64,000 nt of DNA from the NCBI GenBank assembly GCA_950097015.1, contig CATNEN010000007.1:7626001-7690000 (forward strand), given 5' to 3'. Position 1 is the stretch's first letter. Each line of letters starts with the position of its first letter. Positions 1 through 12,800 of this stretch are shown here, piece after piece. A program made the translations under genes and the position numbers. The stretch comes from Macrostomum hystrix (taxonomy: Eukaryota; Animalia; Platyhelminthes). The notes beneath the pieces were generated by a model, which ran no database searches, was not told where the DNA came from, and worked only from the letters and a program-made list of their open reading frames with translations.

Positions 1-62
1 GGGACAAGACAGAATCGAGAAGGGACAAGACAGAATCGAGAAGGGACAAGACAGAATCGAGG
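1..62. repeat. 21-bp tandem repeat (GGGACAAGACAGAATCGAGAA) x3, possibly truncated by the window edge
   Basis: Direct reading of three units at the window start. Confidence 0.85.
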
Positions 63-2484
63 AGTTGGGACTCAATCTCATTGCAGAGAAATGATCTCAG
101 ATGGCATGCAGGGGGAAGGCTTTGAACAGGCCAAACCCACGGTTGTGCAAGAGTTGCCCAGGTCCTCAGGTAAGTGACAAATCGTGTTCCAAGTCTGCCT
201 CTAGCGGAAGACGGATCGGTTGGGCGGGTAATGGCAAATTTTCTGCTGAATTTTTCAGGTCGATAAAAGAAAGATTCTGACGGAGTTGAACCGGCAAAAA
301 GTCCAGTTAGAAATTGGCAAATCACTTTCGATCATTTCTGATTGAATTTTTAGTCCAGAATTACCGACATTTTTTAATTAACGCTCTGTTGGGAAAAAAG
401 GAGAATTGGTCAGGGTTGGGAGAGTTTCCACCTCAGTGAACTTCAACTCGAGTGGCGTTCTGGTTTAACATGCTTGTGGAAATAATTTAGTTTTGTTAGT
501 CAATGCGAATTTGTTAGTGAGGCCAAGAGCCAGCTGATAGAAAAAACTATAGAATCTGCATCTATGAGGGCCTTGGATACAGGTTGTGGAATAGTGTAGC
601 AAGGATGACGCATTCTGCAGGCGGGCAGGCGGGCAGGCGGTGTGGTGCACTTACATAATAGGACATGGAAGCCGGCAGCTGGCGTTTCGGCCTGTCGTTG
701 CCGCTGCTTGACCTCTTTGGCACCTTTCCGTAGGCCAGCATGGACCTTGAGAAGTTCATTCGCTAAGCCGCTAGCTGCACTGGCAGGCTGGCTTAGCGGG
801 TCTCGCGGAGTTGGAGCAAGGTGTGGGGCAGTGGAAGCCTCGCCTGATTGGCTGAGCGCCTCAGTAGGTCTCGTGAAGTTTGATGGCACGAGGTGGGGGG
901 AGGGTCTCGCGGAGTGAGGTGGGGCACAGGAGGCTTCTCTGATTGGCTGGGGTGGACCAGTGGCCAATTAAGACAAATATGACCAGTGGATTAAGGGTAG
1001 GTGTAAGACCCTTAAGGCAGTCAATGAGAGTACGAGAGACTCCAGACACGCAGTGTTAGCAGATTAAAATAGAACTCTGAACATCCGCCCCTAAATCTAG
1101 CAGCTGCGAGGACTCGCCTGGTATGGCGCGCTGGTGACCACCCGTCGTAGTTGGATGAAGGTGCTGGGCGCGTTCATGCTGTTGTCCCAGGCTTCAAAGC
1201 CGTTTTCAATGACAGACTTTTGCAATTGGAACAGCTTGGCCTTCTGTGTTGGCCGCGTGGAGAGGGGCAGCAGACGGATCAGATTGTGTGCGCGGAAGTG
1301 AAACTGCAACCGAGAAGCAAAGTATGAATCCGGACACATAAGCCTGGATGCCGATTGCAATCGGATGGGGGTCTGAATGGTGGGCCAGGGGGGCCAGACA
1401 CAGCCAGCCAATTGGAGGCGGGGCAGCAGGGTATGGGCCGGCAACTCTTGTCCTGCATCCGGAGCCCGGCCACCATGCTGGAAGGGCGGAGGCGAGAGAC
1501 AGAGAGATGTCGGCAGTCATGTGCTGGGTCGCTGGTCACTGAGGCGGCAACAGATTTGGACGGCCGATTGCCCCGATCTCAGCGGCTCTTCGGCTGGGCG
1601 TGCTGGAGGAGGGGGGAAGCAATTAGCAAGTAATCCCAGCATAAACTGATCGATTTATTTATGGCTCCGAGCTGGGCATGGCAACCAGGGCGAGTTTGAG
1701 CAGAGAAAGAATGGGGGGAAAAGATGCAGAGCTGTGAATGAGCGTGAAAGAGAGAAAGATGCAGAAAAAAGACGATTAAGTTTAACGTGAAAATGTCACT
1801 TTGACTCCGAGTTATGGGCGGTGAATATTACAGAATAGATATTTCGTGAACGATGAAGAGCGCCATTTGATGGGAGCTTCTCAGTTTGAGCATTCCGCCA
1901 TGGTCGAGTGTCAATTATTCTCAGAAATTCTCTTCCCGGAGCAGATTTCGCAGCCAAAAATTGGCAGGGATTCTCGGGATTGCCGGGGAATGCGTCCGGC
2001 ACAGATGAAAGAGAAACAGAGAGCTCACTCGACTCATCCTTCAGCCTCGAGCATTTTCATGAAAGACTCAAGCTCTCCTGGACACAGCCTCCCTGCCTTG
2101 CCTTGCATCTGGAATCCCCACAAGAGCTGACGAAAATGGGCCCCGACTTTGGCGTGCGACTTTTAGCCTTTGATGGCATTGACGATGGCGGACACAGCCG
2201 CGACTGTGTGAGCTTCCGTCAGGGAGCTGGGGCATAGCGGAGAGTGCAGTCTGGGGCAGCTCTGCCCATGAATGGGTCGGCTTGTTTGCCCTTTTTCACT
2301 GCGAAGAAATGTTTTATTCTCAACTATCTCTCGTGCACTCGTTTGCTTGTTCATCGAAATATCAAGAATAGAAAAAATGAAGCAAGTTTTCGGAAGAGGA
2401 GGGAGTGCTAGCAGGGAGTGCCCTTTAAAGTGGGCAGTCAATAGATTAAGAGAACGGGGTAATCAACATGGAGTTGCAAACGAC

Positions 2485-2778
2485 GGGTAATCAACAGGTA
2501 CATGTAAATAACAGGTAATCAACAGGTACATTCAGACAACAGGTAATCAACAGGTACATTTAGACAACAGGTAATCAACAGGGACATGTAAACAACAGGT
2601 AATCAACAGGGACATGTAAACAACAGGTAATCAACAGGGACATGTAGACAACAGGTAATCAACAGGGACATGTAGACAACAGGTAATCAACGGGGACATG
2701 TAAACAACAGGTAATCAACAGGGACATGTAAACAACAGGTAATCAACAGGGACATGTAGACAACAGGTAATCAACAGG
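2485..2778. repeat. 28-bp minisatellite (AACAGGTAATCAACAGGGACATGTA[A/G]AC) x~10
   Basis: Tandem units read directly. Confidence 0.95.
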
Positions 2779-3384
2779 CAATTTCGAGAGCTTTTGTCAG
2801 CCAATAATAAATTCTCCCATAGCAACCAGATGTAACATTCTCTTAATCTCTATCTTCCTCGCCTCGAAGGTCAACCCCAGAATTCGCCCCATAAGTCGCA
2901 GTCAATCACCGGAGCCGATGATGCCAATCTGCAGCGGCACTGAAGGACACCTGGACTGAGGAGACACATCCAGAACAGCTGCCAACAGCTTATTTGGCTT
3001 CTTGTGGACAAAGTTACTTACAATCGCTTGTCTCTTATTGCATGTGTATATTTACTCGAGCATGACAATAGTACCATAGAATGACTGTCTATAGTGGCAA
3101 TATTGAATCATCAAAGAAGGTCTCCTAGAGACGGCTAATTCAGGAAGCCTAAAGCTTTGATTGGGAATCAACTTGGCGGGAAGGAAGCTGGGATAATCTA
3201 TTGTGGCTAAGTCTCTCAACTAGCAGTTTGGGCCCGGACAATGAGATTTTTAACTGAATAGAAAAGTATTCTGGGACCTTTTAGTTGATTAATGGCCTAT
3301 AGTACAGTTCAATGGCCAAGGTATAGAAAAAAGTGGTTGTGTTGACCACATTATTGACGGGCAGCATGTAAAGAACTCAGGTTA

Positions 3385-3778
3385 CAGTATTTTAAATATT
3401 TTCAAATTACTCAACCAATCTCAATTGAAATCTGGTCACAATATTCAATTCAATATTTGACTCGATTCAATTCTGCTCACAATATTTCATCATCGAACCA
3501 TGTCGGCTTTTACTGGATATATTGTTAATTGTTTGATTATTGAAACAATAGGGATTCGCCATGGAGTTTTATGCAGAGCGATATTACCTGTCCTTGTCAC
3601 AAGGGTCTTAGACAAGAATCGTTGAATATCTCGACGATGTTGACGTCGGACTGCTTTGAAAGTTAGTTCGTCTTAAAGGGCGGAAAATTTAGATACATTT
3701 GGTGGACGTTCACGAAAATCGGTCATTTTAGTTTGGGAGCTGTCGTGAAGTTGGCAGTGGGTATTTGAAATATCGTCG
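3385..3778 (-). mobile_element. Degenerate copy of the CACGGGGT-terminus non-autonomous DNA element
   Basis: Colinear with 50788-51607 once the SINE is removed (e.g. GGGAGCTGTCGTGAAGT[T/A]GGCAGTGGGTATTTGAAATA; CTTGTCAC[A/C]AGGGTCTT; TTCTGCTCAC...ATTTCATCAT...ATGTCGGCT). Confidence 0.75.
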
Positions 3779-3784
3779 TATTTC

Positions 3785-3942
3785 TACTGTCTCATCTAAT
3801 CCTATCACGTGTCTCGTCTCCCCTGTCTCATCTCAACCTGTCTCATCTTTCACTGTCTCAGATGAGACAGGTCTCATCTCTCCTGTCTCATCTCACCCTG
3901 CCCGATCTCTTCCGTTTCATCTTTCCTCTGTCTCATCTCACG
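3785..3942. repeat. Degenerate CTGTCTCATCT repeat, same family as 15150-16000 in opposite orientation
   Basis: Repeated TGTCTCATCT units, the reverse complement of AGATGAGACA. Confidence 0.75.
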
Positions 3943-6142
3943 CTAAAGCTTGGGTCAACTCGGCTTTCTGTTCGGCCAGTCCAATCCAATGTGGTATTTA
4001 GCAGATTCTCTGTGTGACCCGCATTGTATTCAACGATTGCAGCATGAATTACGGTAGTAATATGGCCCTATGAAGAGCGCAGACCGTATAGTGTGCCAGA
4101 TTGCGCGCACAGCGATCGATTTTAATCGTGAAGGATTAGGAGGAGGCAGATAGCGCAGCAGGCCTTCAGAATCGTTGGCCCGCTCTGCATGGCTGTCGTA
4201 GTTGACATTTGCGAGCACCTCGCGCACCGGGGAACGGCGGGCCGCGGCCGCAAGCGCCGAGTAGGCGGGCGTGAGTGACTGTCGCAATTGCATGCGACTG
4301 GAGGCCAGGGATGAAGGGAAGAAGACCCTCACGGAGATCTGTTCCCCCCTGATCTGATTCATTTCTCGGTGCTGGTCTGTATTAAAAGGGCGAAATCGTC
4401 GCGCACCTAGTCTTCGAAGAACAGGCCGCAGAGCTACCTGTGGGCGGCCATGCCATTACCGGCCATTGCTGTTCCAAGCACGATTCCCAGTTGGAAAGTG
4501 GCTGAATTCAATTTCGAATTGTGTCATTTTAGTAACAGTAATAAAAAGTGCACTCTTCGTTCCGCAGCACCGGAGATCGGCATCGCGTCGCCGTATCAAG
4601 TTCAGGTCCAGGCAATGAATTGGCCAATCTCTTTCACTTTCAGCTGCTGTCAATCAAACTCGGCTAGGAGGAGGAGGGGTAGAGAAAGCTTACAAGTAGA
4701 ACAAGAGAAAGAACTATTTGCCAGTCTTTTCCTCATAAAGAGGCGACAATTGGGACATGGCTGAAATGAAATTGGACAGGACAGAATTCATTAACTTTAC
4801 AGTCCTCTCCGAACTGACGGAATACTGAGCCACACAGGTTCGGCCATAGACAGCCAGCTTTCTAGGACAGGGCAGGCAGGGGTGCATTCGGCCTGACCTT
4901 CAGTGCTTCATTGGTCCACTTACCTGGCGGACACACTTGCCCATCGCCTTGGCTGCGGCCCGGCAACAATCCCCGCCAAGCCGAATAGGAATTTCCGCTT
5001 GACTTATCAACTCCACCTTCATCTCTCACCTATGCCGAATACAAGCCGAGGGAGCTTGTGACAGCACAAAGCAGCAGCAGTAGCAGCAGCCCCACTTCTT
5101 GTCAGTGAAATCGCACACAGTCGGTGCAACAAGGCCAGCCATCCAGCAGCCGCCCAAGCATGCTGCATCAGGTCCGGCACCCTCCCAGCCTCTCTAATCC
5201 TCCAGCGATTCTGGCGAACTTGCCCGCGCTTTTCTTTAATTAGCCCCCGTGGAGCAATGAACTTGACCTCCCTAGCCGCCTTTGCTTTCGTCACAAACAG
5301 CCAAGCATTGGTGCGCCCGGTGTGCAATTTATTTGTTGTTTTTTTATTTTTCTATGCTCTAACGCGAATTTTTAACTGGGCGCCTTAACAGCCTACTGAG
5401 AGTAGAAATAAACGCGCGCGTTGTTTTTGTTAAAAAAAATTAACTAACTTTTTGAACGAAAAACTAAACAATGATCAAGAAGGTGTTGAAGGCAATCATG
5501 TCAAACTTTTGTGTTCAGTCAGATATCAGAAAACACATTGCTAACAATAATAAATGATAGTCTGTCTCTACATGTGCACAATTACTTTTTTATGTATACT
5601 ATAAACAAAACTTGCTAAATTCACAGGCTAGCAAGAACTGATATTAAAAATTCAAAAATAATAAAATATAAGATGATAAATTACTATTGGTATTACTAAC
5701 TCGCAATCTAAGTATACTTAACTTTATCGGCAAAATGGTTTTAGAATCCCCGATTGCCAGAAATTTCTCCAGGCAGAATTCGTGCGGTTCAATTCTCACA
5801 AATTCGCTATCAAAGGCAAGAAAGGTGAACTGGAGGAATTTCAGGAAATTTATACGCATATAAGATATATAATAATTACTTATAAGCCACTAATATCTAA
5901 TAGACACGCGCTACAGTGCATTGTAAAAGTCTATCCATAATTAATATAGCATCAACCAATACGGTACAAGCGAGCATTAGTAAAGAGTTTTCTAAATCGA
6001 AAAGACCTACGAAATATTACTAAAGATAAACAAACTAATTTAACTTCTTTTTTGGGATTTGCATATATGGCAGCATTTGCCGAGTGTCTGATCTATGGTA
6101 GACAAAAGAGAAATAACATGTTAATTTCAGCATACTCTGTCA

Positions 6143-6395
6143 ATGCTTCAGGGCCTCAACTAATAATTTTATCCTGATGCTTCAGGGCCTCAGAATATAA
6201 TTTTAGCCTGATGCTTCAGGGCCTCAGAATTTTTAGCCTGAAGCTTCAGGGCCTCAGATAATAATTTTAGCCTGATGCTTCAGGGCCTCAGAATATAATT
6301 TTAGCCTGAAGCTTCAGGGCCTCAAAAGAGAACTTTAGCCTGACACTTCAGGGCCTCAGAATATAACCCAAGCCTGAAGCTTCAGGACCTCAGAA
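6143..6395. repeat. 34-bp minisatellite with palindromic core CCTGAAGCTTCAGG, x8
   Basis: CTTCAGG at 6146, 6180, 6214, 6244, 6278, 6312, 6346, 6380. Confidence 0.9.
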
Positions 6396-6808
6396 GCCAA
6401 CTGATTTCAGGTCGAAATTAGTCTGACGGCTCATTTCAAACATTCTCTTATTGAATTTATTCATTCTAAACAGCGGGCGTCGAAAACCGAAAGCGAACAC
6501 GAAGAAAAAGTTTTAATTGGGAAAACTAGTTGGACAATAAGAAGAAATCAAACATCAAAGTGTGCTCAAACTGTGCTCAAAAGATTATAGCTACGCCTTC
6601 GACAAAAATAAAGATAGAATGAAAAGAATTCCATAGTAAAAGGAACTTAGCTTAGAGCAACATGGTGACAAATTGAAGGCACGTTAGCTAATAGCTTGAA
6701 GAACAACTATGATTTACCTATTTAAACTGGTCCTATGCAAAGGAAAACTTTGATTAGTCCTTCAATGAGTCACCACGCAGTCAGACAGTGGCTGGGAGGG
6801 AGGCCCGC

Positions 6809-7228
6809 TTAATTCGCATTCGCAGTCTGGGCAGTCGCAGCCACCGCAGCCGCCTCAGCCGCCGCAGCCTCGTACTGCAGTCGCAGCTCCTGACGCTGTG
6901 CGTCGTCCTTCAGGTACCAGTAGTCGGTGAAGCGGCACAGCTGCACAAACTGGGCGGTGTCGTTGGTGAAGTGGCAGGCAAACAGCAGCATGTTGCGTGG
7001 CTGCACTCGCCAGGCGAACCGCATGAAGGCCATGGAGTAAAAGAACAGAGCCGTCGTCATCTTGCCGCTGATCATCTCCGGGTTCTTCTTGACATCGGCC
7101 AGCGCGGCCAGCGGGAGGCCCCAGTTGGCCACTGGGCCCCAGAAGTGGGTGCTGCACAGGTAGCTGCGAAACTCCTTGCTGGCCAGGTAGCGCAGGCCCC
7201 GGCTGAACAGGTTGCCGCCAGATGACAT
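6809..7228 (-). CDS. MPC1: Mitochondrial pyruvate carrier 1 (single coding exon, 139 aa, Ala-rich tail)
   Basis: MPC1 signature [42 protein letters not shown]...[19 protein letters not shown]. Acceptor TTTCTCGCAG lies 4 nt upstream of the ATG. AATAAA on the minus strand at ~6456-6461. Confidence 0.97.
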   Translation of the reverse strand: MSSGGNLFSRGLRYLASKEFRSYLCSTHFWGPVANWGLPLAALADVKKNPEMISGKMTTALFFYSMAFMRFAWRVQPRNMLLFACHFTNDTAQFVQLCRFTDYWYLKDDAQRQELRLQYEAAAAEAAAVAATAQTANAN

Positions 7229-7394
7229 TGTGCTGCGAGAAATCTGCCTTTGTTGTCTGTGTTGTTAATGCAGCTAGTGCGACTGCTGGAATATTATATT
7301 GTGAAAGTTAGTAGGCCTAAAGAACACGGAAGTAATAACGATTTAATTACATTTATAAACAGACACGTCCCTGTCACAATCAAGTACAGTTAAG

Positions 7395-7785
7395 CCTAAG
7401 GATTATCATCTATCAAGCCTATGGATTATCATCTATTAAGTCAATGGATTGTCATCTATCAAGCCTATGGTTTATCATTTATCAAGCCTATGGATTATCA
7501 TCTATCAAGCCTATGGATAATCATCTATCAAGCCTATGGATAATCATCTATCAAGCCTATGGATAATCATCTATCAAGCCTATGGATTATCATCTATCAA
7601 GCCTATGGATTATCATCTATTAAGTCAATGGATTGTCATCTATCAAGCCTATGGTTTATCATTTATCAAGCCTATGGATTATCATCTATCAAGCCTATGG
7701 ATAATCATCTATCAAGCCTATGGATAATCATTTATCAAGCCTATGGATTATCATCTAGCAAACCTATGGATTATCATCTATCATC
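7395..7785. repeat. 23-bp minisatellite (TATCATCTATCAAGCCTATGGAT) x~17 with an 8-unit higher-order duplication
   Basis: Tandem units; the variant TAAGTCAATGG recurs at 7437 and 7621 (184 bp = 8 x 23). Confidence 0.95.
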
Positions 7786-8034
7786 CACGAATGCGACAAA
7801 TCATTTTTATCACTGATTAGATCGAAACCTCCAAAAAGCCATTTAGCTTTATGAGAAAGAAATCTCTATGCAGGAGCTAATTACCGATTAGCTTACTTAA
7901 AGTAGTGTGGAGTGGAGTGTAGCAATCACAGTAATCCAAATGCTGCGCTGCCCACTCTTATCGAAAACTTTTTTCTGCTGTCTACGATTAACGAATGCCA
8001 TAATTGACCAGTGACAATTATTCTTCTTGTAGCT

Positions 8035-8046
8035 GTTACCAGCAAC
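8035..8046 (+). promoter_or_regulatory. Candidate RFX X-box GTTACCAGCAAC
   Basis: Matches GTNRCC(N0-3)RGYAAC and lies upstream of a ciliary/flagellar inner-protein gene, between divergent MPC1 and SPMIP1. Confidence 0.5.
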
Positions 8047-9083
8047 CGCCTCCGGATCAAGACAAGATAAAGTTTAGAGCTGCAACTAATAAGGCCATGC
8101 TTTTTATCTTGAGCTGAGAATCACCGACGCCTTAACGTTAACAGCATTTGAAATAAAAAAATTCTTCAAAATTTATGAAACTTAGATTTGGTTTAGAATA
8201 CACGCGCAAGTTGTTTTAACATAAGCCAGAAAATACCTCGTTGTTGAGCAATATTATGTCCAAAAGCGTAGTGTAAAATGCATTTTTTGAGTAAAACTCT
8301 AAGAAATTAATTTGAATAAGATAACATGCTTCTTACAAAGCCAAGGACAAAGTAGTGAATAATAAAGTGTTTTAAGACAACTTTGCAAAATATTTTTACC
8401 TAAACTTCGAAATAAAAATTCAGAAGCCAGCAAAAACCTTAAACTAAGTGGCATAAAAATTATGCACGGAAAATCAAGACCAACAGAGTTGAATGCAGAT
8501 CGGAGTTCTAGTTCAAATTCTGGCAGTTCTAACGCTGCTGTAGCTTTCGGAGCGCAGCAGCAGGTGAGCACACAATGCCTCAGCAACCGCAGCGGCCAGC
8601 GCACATGCTCAACTGGTAAAAACACACAAGCGAGGGCACGCATTGGGGCAGGAGCACCTGGGCCGGAGTAAGGTGGAGAGGGGCGAGGGCCTCCCAAAGG
8701 CCCAGACCCCAAAACCAATGCGGGCAGCTCTAAGCGCGCTCCACCTTGCGAGCAGCCAACCCCCCAATCTCTGGGGCAGGCCACCGGCAGCTGCCCCGTC
8801 CCCCTCAACGTTACGACACTCACTGTCGCCAAGGTGACACAAAGCGGGCGGATTGGCTAAATCAGCTGGAGTTTTGGCGGGGTGGGCTCTCCTCACTAGC
8901 GATCTGAAGAGGCAGAAGAATGGCGGAGGTGGGGTGGGGAGCCGGGTCCGGTGCTTAAGATGAGCAGGCGCGGGACAAGCAGGGCCTCCTCCGCTCCGCT
9001 ACTCACCAAGTAGCAGGCGGCAGCGGCAGCGGCTGAGGCAGAGGCAGACAGGCGGCGGGAGGCAGAGGGCAAGACCGAGAGCA

Positions 9084-9804
9084 ATGGCCAGAAACTACCC
9101 AGCTGACATAGCGGCGCAGAAGAGCCTGGAGGAGCGCTACACCAAGGAGCGGGACGCCCAGCTGCACTGGTACCTGGCGCGGCGCTCAGGCGGCGGCAGA
9201 GGCGAGACGCGCAGCCGTCAGATGGAGGTGTTCAAGCGGCGGCTGGAGCTGGCCCCAACCATGACAGACGATCTGCGGCTAAGCGTGGAGAAATTCAAGG
9301 CGCAGAAGTACACCAAGCCGAAGCGGAACGAGAACCAGGAGGTTCTGGACGCAATAAGCAGGCTGAAGGAGTCCGATGCCTCGCTTAGCGTGGAGATGCG
9401 GCCAATATCGCCGAGGACTCGGGATCTTCTATACCAGGGCTTCAGCAGAGAGGGCAGGGGCAGGTCAGTTGCGAGTTCTGTACTTGTTTTGCTAGGCAAA
9501 CTTCATCGATGCACAATACAGAATTATATTGAGAAGCAATAGTTGATTTACTTCTGAATTAACATCTTCCAGGAGCCTCTACCTGAAGGAGCGGACCAGC
9601 AAGGCACCGGAGGACAAGTACCAGTTCCCCATCGTGTCCTCCTGGGAGTACGGCTGGAAGCTGGGCGAAGTCATCAAGGTGGCCGACATCAAAAAGCCGC
9701 CGTTCGGCCGGACTCGCCTAATCAACGACACTTTCTACACTAGGACGGGCATCCCGGACAGACAGACTGAGGGACTGCTCACCAGGTCCAAGACTGTGTT
9801 CTGA
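9084..9804 (+). CDS. SPMIP1: Sperm microtubule inner protein 1 / ATP6V1FNB-family protein; exons 9084-9463 and 9573-9804
   Basis: Spliced product ...EMRPISPRTRDLLYQGFSREGRGRSLYLKERTSKAPEDKYQFPIVSSWEYGWKLGE...RTRLINDTFYTRTGI matches the family C-terminal motif (LLxQGxSxxGxGRxxYLxER...PExKxxxPxxSSWEYGW). GT-AG intron in phase 2; AATAAA at 9860. Confidence 0.88.
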
Positions 9805-12800
9805 AGCCACTCACATGTGAACACTAGCTGCGCACACTTTCACGCTATCTGCACAAATCAATAAAGTACAAAAATATTGCTAAATCCACGCACTCAAAGA
9901 AAAAAACTATAGGTGTTGAAACTAAGAGAAGCACCTGAATGCACATATCTATCAGGAGGTGTTAGCTCAGTTTTGTACAGAAAAATCTTTTAAACCGATA
10001 TTTCTGAGATTGGAGTTCCCTGAAATAACCTGCGTGAGTTCACTGCAATCAATCAACAGGTTTCTATTTGTCGCTGCTTCCTAGTTTCATCCTGCTTATT
10101 TTGCTATTTTGCTTGCATGTTTCCTGTCTGCATCATGTTCTGTTTTTTTTTCTTTCCAAAAAACTGGAAAGGCCTTCGCGACTCATTCCGTCCAAAAGTC
10201 CCGGCGTCGCTAGGGCAGTCAGTTTTTTGTAAACTTTAGCACCGACCGCACCAGTCTCCGACTCAAACCGGAGACTGGGCGACAACGGGCTAAGAAAAGA
10301 GAACGCTGCAATAGAGGCTGTGGAATCTGTAAATAGACAGGCGCATTGTTGTTGTTATTGTTGGCTTATCCAACGCATGCTTACAATCGATAATACGAGT
10401 AGCTTCTGGTGTTCCACGCCATGGCCTATAAGCTGCTATTCACCGTTTTATTCTATCATAATTTAGTATTTTCTCTGCCTAAACAACTTCTATTTTATTT
10501 TCTAAATATCTGCTTAGACCTGTCAGCAAATGCCTATGGAAATGTGTTAATGCGTTTCACCGTTGAATTTTAGTAGACTAGCAGTGAAATAATGTAAGCA
10601 GCTCTGTGATAGCCTGCCTTGTCTAATGCTAAACCTAACATTCTGTAGATTGTTAGCAGCCCTTATCCCACGCACTGATATACAAGAGCATATATTTATA
10701 TTGATATTGATAAACAATTTGCTTGTGAACAAATTCTGAGCTCCAAAGCCTTTGGCGTTAAGAGCTTCATGCAGTCACCAAAGCGGCCTATAAATGTGTA
10801 AATTTTATACGGCATGAGCACTCTAAACTAGCGCTAAATTAGCCACTGAATATGCTTGCTGTTTGATAATTGTACATTTTTATTTAATCCAAAACAGGAA
10901 ACCGCTTAGAAATCTACATAGTGCTATTGCTTGTTAATATGACTTATAAAAGCTGCAAATTATAATAAATGATTTTGAAAGCAGTCCGCGCACTGCTTGA
11001 GAACTTGCACTGACCCAGTTTGAGGCAAAAGAATTTTAATATTAGCGAACAGCAACACGAGCACAAGAAAGTTTCCTTGGTTCAAGCATTTATCTTAGTC
11101 TTTTAAAGCCTCGGTACCTGATTTGGCCTCTAAATATAGGGAACCTACATTGAGAATTAATATGCAAACGGATATTAATATAGGCTAATTTAATAATATG
11201 AGACTGCGAAGGTGGAGTTAGCACAGTAACAAAATGCCCCAGGTCACACGGCCGCAGGCAGTCAGTGGAAGGAGGGCAAAGTACGTCATAGATTTGAGCA
11301 GCCTACGGATTTCATGACTGGAGTTGGGTTTGACCCGTTCAGCCAGAGCAGCGAATTGCCGACAATCACAGAGCCTCTCTGCGTTAACTCAAGCACCCTA
11401 GGCGTGCCCGGGGGACAGCGCTGGCAATTGAGAACTCGGAGATTCGCAGATAACAAGCTCTAATAGAGTCCTAACAGGGGGATCGGGCCGCGCGTTGCCG
11501 TGCCTGATTTTCATTCTTATCTGAAGTCGGGCCTGCTATCGACTCGGAGCAGAAACAGAAAACAGGAGAAAAAAGTTGCGCACACAGGTCGGCCAGGTGA
11601 GCTGGGAGGGGGCTGAGGTGAGGCTGAGTTACGCACCGCTCGCCTTATCGTCGAACACGGCAAAAATTAATTAAGCTAGAGCACACGCGGAGCAATCAGT
11701 TACACCAGAGCTGGAGCAACACACACACTAGACAAGCAGCGCTGTTGCATTTTCTGCTGTGCTTAGAACGTAGAACTCGAAAATAAAGAAATAAAGTTTC
11801 GAAATTTCGACATGTTAAAGAGCTCGCATGTTTTCTATAGCTTATCCGCTCCAGTCCCCTCAAATTACCAATCAACTTGTTAATGCCTGAAAAAGCAGGA
11901 AATGCTTCCATCAGGAAGGAAACCAACAGGTCCGCGCTATTGCGGGGCTCCCATGCGGGCGATCCGCACCCCACCCAGTTACTTGCTATTCTGTTTGCCG
12001 TTGTACTGAAAGTTTATAGGCGCGATATTAATTGAAGTTTTTTGCCTTGCCTTGCCTAAACCGAGCACACACACTGACTTTGCAAGCTCCATCAACGCTG
12101 AGGAGCTCCATCACTGTAATGCGCTGAGCTACAGGCTCAGTCTGCAGGCTAAAACCAACAGGACCCCAGCCCCCAGCACACAGCAGTGCTGCATCGTCCG
12201 CTTAAAAAACAGGGAGCAAATAACGCGCTTAGCGAGCGATTCAGAACCACTATGTAAGCACAGTTAAAATGCCTAGCAAAGCCCGGAGTCTGCAGGTACT
12301 GGTGGATGGGAACGGAGAGAGAGAGCGAGCGAGCGGTGAAGGCTGAAGCGGAGGAGGGGGTTGATGACTCAAGTCAACACTCCGGGGCGCGCATACAGCA
12401 GCGCTGTTAGAAGGCATACAGGGAGGGATCCATAAAAAAGACTCCAAGCCGTGAATTGTTCGCTGCGCCCCTGCAGGTAATGCGTGCGCAAGGTATAGGC
12501 CCAATCGACAGGGGGGTGGGATGGGCCGGATCGGATCAGGCTCCTCTCCCAACCCACTGCATGCGAGCCAGTCGCTCTGACAACAGCAGCTACGGAGCAC
12601 ATGGCGCAGACTCAAAACTAGAGCTCTCACTCATCTCTGCCTAACACACACACACACACACAGAGCACACAAAAGGAAGGGCCACAGAGCATAGCAGCGC
12701 TAGTCTCCCCCCAGCCCTGAGAGTGGCGTGGCTGGTCCCAGTTCTTCATTCTCTTCATAGCCTACATAGGCTGATGCAGCTGGTTGACTATCCCATTGTG

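Noticed and set aside
6143-6395. CRISPR-like look (palindromic repeat plus variable linker)
   Set aside because: Linkers are short and homologous to each other, there are no cas genes, and the context is eukaryotic.
11200-11350. Possible old CORE-SINE remnant (TGCCCCAGGTCACAC..GGAGTTGGGTTTGACCC)
   Set aside because: Similarity is too short and gapped to support without an alignment.
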